Source: Xylographa opegraphella
Lineage: Eukaryota
Direction of reading: 5' to 3'
NCBI GenBank assembly: GCA_022813865.1
Contig: JALDZX010000087.1
Location: 1-57,432, forward strand
Length of the DNA: 57,432 nt
Below the pieces are notes generated by a model. It had not been told where the DNA came from. It was given only the letters and a program-made list of their open reading frames with translations, and did no database searches. Both the position numbers and the translations under genes were made by a program. Within the stretch, counting starts at the first letter, position 1, and every line of letters starts with the position of its first letter. Below are positions 51,839 through 57,432 of this stretch, in pieces.

Positions 51839-53118
51839 ATGAAGGCCTCTCGCTTCCGCTGCCTTCATGCTCCTGCAGTCGTTCAACGTACCTCGCACGT
51901 TTCCTTGCCTTCGTCCCACTCGTTCGCCACTGCAGCAGGTGAACCATCAATAACAGAACACAAATCTTCCCGACCGCGCACTACTTTTCAAGATCGCTTG
52001 AGCAATGGTCCTGCACTATCCTCCTTCATACCTACCCCGTCAAAAAGCCTGCCCGTTTCTGAAGCTCTCGAGCTTCGGACCGCCCTCGTAGGTCTCGCGG
52101 GCAGAAAGAAAGAGATCACACGCCTCCCGGAGTGGCTGAAAACTCCTATACCTGATAACTCAAATTACAAAAAAATAAAAGCCGATTTGCGTGGTCTCAA
52201 CTTGCATACCGTTTGCGAGGAGGCAAGATGCCCCAATATATCAGACTGCTGGGGAGGAAACGACAAAGCGGCTGCGACAGCTACGATTATGCTCATGGGA
52301 GATACGTGTACACGAGGATGTCGATTCTGCTCTGTGAAAACGTCACGAGCGCCGCCACCATTGGATCCACATGAGCCAGAACACACCGCTGAAGCGTTGT
52401 CTCGATGGGGTTTAGGATATGTCGTCCTTACTTCGGTAGATCGTGACGATCTGGCTGATGGCGGGGCTTCTCATTTCGCGGAGACCATAATGAAAATCAA
52501 GCAAAAAGCGCCTAACATGCTCGTCGAGGCATTAACTGGTGACTATGCTGGCGATCTACAAATGGTTGAGAGGGTGGCTCGAAGTGGACTGGACGTATAT
52601 GCACACAATGTGGAGACCGTGGAAGAGTTGACACCTATGGTTCGAGACCGAAGGGCAGGGTTTAGGCAAAGCTTGAGCGTACTTGACCGGGCGAAGAAGG
52701 TCAGTGAAGGGAGGCTGATCACTAAGACAAGCATCATGCTGGGCTTAGGTGAGACTGAGGATCAGCTCTGGGAGACATTGAGAGGTGAGTCTAGCATCGT
52801 TCTTGGGCTATTCTCGTGTACTTACAGTCTCCAGAACTACGGAAGATCGATGTCGACGTCGTGACCTTTGGACAGTATATGCGACCCACCAAGCGCCATA
52901 TGAAGGTGTATGAGTATGTCACTCCTGCCACCTTTGAGCTCTGGCGGCAAAGGGCTCTTGACATGGGATTTCTCTACTGCGCCAGCGGTCCGCTTGTACG
53001 GAGTTCTTACAAAGCTGGCGAAGCATTCATTGAAAACGTACTTAAGAAACGAGCTATTCGGAGTGGTACGGCTCCTCCCAATGCACGTATGGATGTGGCG
53101 GATAGTATGGGCATGTAA
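51839..53118 (+). CDS. LIP5: Mitochondrial lipoyl synthase (radical SAM), 2 exons
   Basis: Arg-rich presequence, [12 protein letters not shown] auxiliary cluster motif, CTRGCRFC radical-SAM motif and [10 protein letters not shown]. Confidence 0.96.
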
Positions 53119-53747
53119 GGAGCGTAGCAGTTGGATTGGAATGGCGTTAGTGTCGCTACTATGATGCATCATGTGGTTATGGCGTTGGCGAAGTTGATAG
53201 ATATGGTCAGACTACAACTGGCGCTCCTCCAACGGATCCGTCATTTCTTGATGGACCGTGAGATGCGGCAGAAGACAAGCTGGTCATGGTGACGACACTC
53301 GGATGGGAAGCCTTTCAACAAGATGGATGACTCAAGCAGTTAGCAGGTTGTCAATATCAAGGCGCTGTGACCAAATCTGATTAGCGCTCTCCATCGCCAT
53401 AGCGTCGTTCTCGGAAAGCGTAATCGTGAGCTGTCTTTCGTCAACTGCTCCGCACCTCAGAGCGTCCGTGTTCAGCAGTTGACCTTGACTTTGAACCAGA
53501 CACCTTACCGGCTACCTATTCCGCAAGGTGAGCTTTGTACAAGGTAGCCACTTCGGTAATCTCTTGGCTTGATCCCGCAGGAAACGTCATCTATGTCGCG
53601 TATCTGCCCCAAAGTCCACCACACAGCAACCAGCTTAGCAGGATCCATGAAAAGGTGAGAAACCATCAAAAGACAGCTAGATAGAAGGGCATTGACCACG
53701 GTATGCTTGGCCCTAATATCCTAATCCAGCCGGACTCCTTCACGAAG

Positions 53748-56273
53748 ATGTTACCCGATTTTCTAGAGAGTAGTTACAAACGCTACAAAGCCCACACAAC
53801 TGTGTTCACCACATGGCTGGCCGAAACCGCTGCCCGATGTGGCTTTGTCTCTTCTCATCGTTCCACTAACCCCGTGCATCCTCCGAGCACACGTCTGAAA
53901 GGCAAAGCAAGGAAAGAAGCTCAGGCAGCTGCCAATTCAACTAAGGCCTCATCTTCAAAGCAGACAGCCACCCATGGTATACCATCACTTAAGTATATTG
54001 TGCCAATCGCGGACCTTACTGCTCAAGCTCAAACCATTGTCAATTCTACGCGGCCTAAGATTCAAGTTCCCCAGCATATCATAGATGCTGCCGAGCGTGC
54101 CATAGCAACTCGCAGAAGATTTACTTCGTGGTTTCGAAAAAGTGCGGACAAAGTAGGTGTCCAAGAGGCAGATAATAAGAAGCACTCACATTTCGCAAAC
54201 GTTCTTGAAGATATTCTGAAGGCTTTGGAGCCATGTTTCCCTCCAGCAACACCCCAGTCAGAAGCCCTTGCAGAATCAAAAGACGAGATCAGCTGGGCAA
54301 ATCGATTTGAGTTGCTAGCAGTAGATCAAATGCCCATCACCGAGCCATCCACAGAATGTGCGCGACCTGAGACCACCTCGGAACTGCCACATTCAGCAAA
54401 AGTCGTCTATGAAATTGATACTTCAGAGGAAGACTCAGTCGAGGAGAGGATCTTCGCTACTTACTGTTTGTTCGAAGACTTGAAACAATTACGACAGTTT
54501 TTGACAGAACTCTGGACTGATTATCACTCCGGAAAAGTAGATCTAATGACTGCTTCCGTCACCACCAATACAGCTTTCGATCTTGTTCGCCGTTCTGAGG
54601 AAGATTTCATACGGGCCTATCCGAAATTCAACCAGTATGAAGAGATAATGGAACCCTTATACATCTTTGCATGTCTCCTTCGCGGCGAAGATCCGGCATT
54701 CAAGCAGCTGCCAGGTGATGTGGCTAACTATGCTATGGCAGACGTTGCTGAGTGGATGTACCTGCCGGTCTATGTCTTGCTTAGCTCATTCTGTGATGTG
54801 ATATCCAAGGGCGCGGTACCGGTCGCGAAAAGAGGGCTCTTCGGTCTCTACAACCCACATGCAAGCCGCGCGCGAATGTCTTTCCGCGAAGCGTTCAAGG
54901 AAGACCAAATTGTTCTACTAGAGGCTCTGCCCGAGTTCTGCCTAATACAGATGTTCGGTTTAGAGCTACCAGTAGTAGACGAGCTTACCAGAGGGTTGTG
55001 TGAGATGAGTAGAACGAAGCAAATCTCGCTGTGGCTAGTCTTCGCCACGCAGATATTCTTGGATATCCATCACATAATGCGTGAAGCCGTTGATCAAGGC
55101 TTGGTTCAACTCCGTGTTATAGGCTCTGAAGCAAAATCAACCCTGCAAAGCTATTGGACAGTCCCCAAACCGGCAGTAGCTCCAGATACGTGGCCCAAAC
55201 AGAACGAGATGCCGATCAAACAGCTGAGCAGGGAGATAGACCAGTGGATTCTTAGTGATGTCTTCTTAGAGATGAAAAAGAAGTTCAAATCTCCGAGTCT
55301 ATATAACATTGCCAACCCTGAACAATCAGACGAAGCATATTATCTACTTTCTAGACATCCGCTCTTGTGTGGCACACTCGCTTTCAAGATCTGTCTTCAG
55401 ATACAGGAATTTGGCGTTATCCTAGCAAATGCCTGGGGAAGTGTGATATACACGGCACATCTCTACAATGCAGTACGACAAACAGGCCAGCTTGCCATTC
55501 CGTGGCCTGATATGGACTTCATCATCGACCTGCACACTCCCCAACGCGTCTTCGTCGGTGGCGCTCCCACCACTCCAGAGACCTTCTTCAAACAAGCATC
55601 CCTGATGCTAGGGATGTCACCCGAGACATTTGCGCAAGCTCGTACACCAGGCCGGACAGCACGGATTGTACATTCTCAGAAAGGACCACGAGGTCTCGAG
55701 GAAAATTCACCAGTGGCGCATGTCCTACGCAAGCGCTACTGCGCTGACGAACCCGTAGAACTGACCATGCACAATGTCGAGAAATTACTCAACGACAAAG
55801 CTCAACAAGAACATGGCTTATTGAGCAGACAGCTATGCCGTCAGTGGGAAAAATCGCACAGGCTCAGTCAGCTGCAGTTGTTGCAAACCTTGAGAGCTGC
55901 ACTGACGCACGAGATACCTCGGCTTCAGTTCAATTACGTCGCCTTGCACCAGCGTTGTATCGGATTACTTCGTCGGCTCCGTGAGAATCTCCACGAAGAC
56001 TTTGTGCGTTACATTTCACCAGAGTACCTTGACAATGAATCTCAATTAGCGTTCGTGGTGATTTATATTTTGCAAGTGGCCTGGGGGGCTGCTCGAACGT
56101 CAGAACAGCTAGGCATCAGAGCAAGGGTTGGTAGTGCCTTACTCGGTCGCGCAGGGAAGATCTTGGAGAGCTTGGTGGAAGAGCAAGGGGATAAAGAGAT
56201 CAAGAAATTGACGGTATTTTGTAAGTCAATCGCCGCTGAGCCGCCCACTTTGTCAGAACCAGTGGCAAATTAG
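53748..56273 (+). CDS. DUF6604-domain protein, intronless
   Basis: N-terminal MLPDFLESSYKRYKAHTTVFTTWLAETA...RLKGKARKEA...AIATRRRFTSWF...HSHFANVLE...NRFELL matches my recollection of the fungal DUF6604 family. Long uninterrupted ORF (upstream ATG at 53703). Confidence 0.8.
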   Translation: MLPDFLESSYKRYKAHTTVFTTWLAETAARCGFVSSHRSTNPVHPPSTRLKGKARKEAQAAANSTKASSSKQTATHGIPSLKYIVPIADLTAQAQTIVNSTRPKIQVPQHIIDAAERAIATRRRFTSWFRKSADKVGVQEADNKKHSHFANVLEDILKALEPCFPPATPQSEALAESKDEISWANRFELLAVDQMPITEPSTECARPETTSELPHSAKVVYEIDTSEEDSVEERIFATYCLFEDLKQLRQFLTELWTDYHSGKVDLMTASVTTNTAFDLVRRSEEDFIRAYPKFNQYEEIMEPLYIFACLLRGEDPAFKQLPGDVANYAMADVAEWMYLPVYVLLSSFCDVISKGAVPVAKRGLFGLYNPHASRARMSFREAFKEDQIVLLEALPEFCLIQMFGLELPVVDELTRGLCEMSRTKQISLWLVFATQIFLDIHHIMREAVDQGLVQLRVIGSEAKSTLQSYWTVPKPAVAPDTWPKQNEMPIKQLSREIDQWILSDVFLEMKKKFKSPSLYNIANPEQSDEAYYLLSRHPLLCGTLAFKICLQIQEFGVILANAWGSVIYTAHLYNAVRQTGQLAIPWPDMDFIIDLHTPQRVFVGGAPTTPETFFKQASLMLGMSPETFAQARTPGRTARIVHSQKGPRGLEENSPVAHVLRKRYCADEPVELTMHNVEKLLNDKAQQEHGLLSRQLCRQWEKSHRLSQLQLLQTLRAALTHEIPRLQFNYVALHQRCIGLLRRLRENLHEDFVRYISPEYLDNESQLAFVVIYILQVAWGAARTSEQLGIRARVGSALLGRAGKILESLVEEQGDKEIKKLTVFCKSIAAEPPTLSEPVAN

Positions 56274-56392
56274 CTGGTGTACTAAATGTACTACTCTTTC
56301 GTGTGGCAATTAGCAGGAAGGGGCTTCGAAGCATTCATCTTACAGGCTGCCAATAGTTACGGACCGTGACGTTAACAAATGATGCTTCCATA

Positions 56393-57432
56393 TCATAATT
56401 TGATTCCTCTAACAAGCACCACATCCCGCAACCCCATCAAGCCTAGCCAAACCGCTTCTTCCGTCCTAATCGTCCTACTGCCCTGGCTCGGACATAGATT
56501 CACCCAGTGATCGAACAGCTTCTCCGGCTGCGTCACCCCCATGCCTGCTAATTCCGGATCCGCCTTGACCGCCACTTCCAACCCCCCCACGCCGCCGAAG
56601 ACAATCAGCTTGTGCTTGAACTCCGGAACGGGCGACTCCTTCGAAGCGATTGCCGCCAGCGTCGATAGCGGGACCCCGCGCTCCGACGTCCCGAACGTGA
56701 GATCATACCCACCGTCGTAGGCGCACTCGGTAAAAACGTTCGAGAGGGAGCTAGCGGCGCGCACGGCGTAGCCCCAGTAGTAGCCTGCTTCTTCGCGGGG
56801 CGCGGACGGGGCAACCGCTTTGGCCGTAAGCGGCGCGGTCTGGAAATCCGTCGGCGGGGTGGAGGTTGGGAATTTCAGGGTAACACGCGTGTGGGGAGGG
56901 AGAGCATCTGGGATGGAGACCGGGGTCTTGAGCCCGGCGTTGACGAGCGAGGTCGTCACCTCCTCGCTCCCACTGTCTTTCCGCCTCTTCTTCTTCTTGC
57001 TGCCCTGCTCGTCCACGACCTCGTTGTCGCCGCGCTGCGGGTCCTCGATGCTCACCCCTTCTCGGTACCGACACCACTCGTTCGCGCGCAGGTGGTGCGG
57101 CATGTCCAGACTCGGCAGCGTCCCGGCCGTGCGCAGATTGGGATGCAGCGGGAACAGGTGCATGCGCAGGTGTGGGGGCGTTTCGAGGTACGCGAGCAGG
57201 TGCGTGAGGAAGTAGTTCGGGTCCGAATAGCCGCTGTATCCCGAGTCGCCTTGCCGATTCTGCTGCTGTGGCTGCTGACTGGAGCCGTGATGGGTGGGAG
57301 GGTTGCCCTGGCCGTCGTCGAAGATGACGACTTCGTCCACGCAGAAGACGGCGAGCGCGCGGGCGATTTGGCCCGCGAGGGTGGCTTTTAGGTCTTGGGA
57401 TTGAGCGCTGGGGGAGACTGTGAGCTGGGGGG
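56393..57432 (-). CDS. SPOUT-class RNA methyltransferase (DUF171 / SPOUT1-like), 5'-truncated by window end
   Basis: LAGQIARALAVFCVDEVVIFDD, YLETPPHLR, LPSLDMPHH, YREGV, GYYWGYAVR, GTSERG and QGSRTIRTEEA. The visible exon begins at 57407 after an intron acceptor. Confidence 0.9.
   Translation of the reverse strand, partial: PQLTVSPSAQSQDLKATLAGQIARALAVFCVDEVVIFDDGQGNPPTHHGSSQQPQQQNRQGDSGYSGYSDPNYFLTHLLAYLETPPHLRMHLFPLHPNLRTAGTLPSLDMPHHLRANEWCRYREGVSIEDPQRGDNEVVDEQGSKKKKRRKDSGSEEVTTSLVNAGLKTPVSIPDALPPHTRVTLKFPTSTPPTDFQTAPLTAKAVAPSAPREEAGYYWGYAVRAASSLSNVFTECAYDGGYDLTFGTSERGVPLSTLAAIASKESPVPEFKHKLIVFGGVGGLEVAVKADPELAGMGVTQPEKLFDHWVNLCPSQGSRTIRTEEAVWLGLMGLRDVVLVRGIKL

Noticed and set aside
56393..56404. 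C-terminal -IKL of the SPOUT protein as a peroxisomal PTS1
   Set aside because: Ile at -3 is not canonical, and the family is nuclear/RNA-associated.

Overview
Gene-dense eukaryotic DNA from a filamentous ascomycete (Pezizomycotina-type): short GT-AG introns with CTRAY branch sites and several head-to-head gene pairs. The window opens with about 700 bp of very AT-rich, probably RIP-eroded repeat DNA. It then carries about 24 mostly housekeeping genes: CAP/SRV2, STU1/CLASP, BSP-family metallopeptidase, PTEN/TEP1, GLTP/HET-C2, SPO71, IMP2, a GPI-anchored aspartic protease, a macrodomain protein, the YVC1 TRP channel, SPF1, GLN4, SUI2, GTT3-like, CWC25, CSN2, otubain-like, ATP18, SPC19, FSH hydrolase, LIP5, DUF6604 and a SPOUT methyltransferase (partial). 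The most notable observations are: (1) a non-canonical, apparently U2-type AT-AC intron that is needed to restore the YVC1 reading frame; (2) a ~370-bp MITE-like element with 67-bp inverted repeats; (3) recurrent GC-rich islands that switch from C-rich to G-rich regardless of gene orientation; (4) introns that split or directly follow start codons. I found no multi-gene novel system, CRISPR array, rRNA or tRNA. All family assignments come from recognising motifs by eye, not from database searches.
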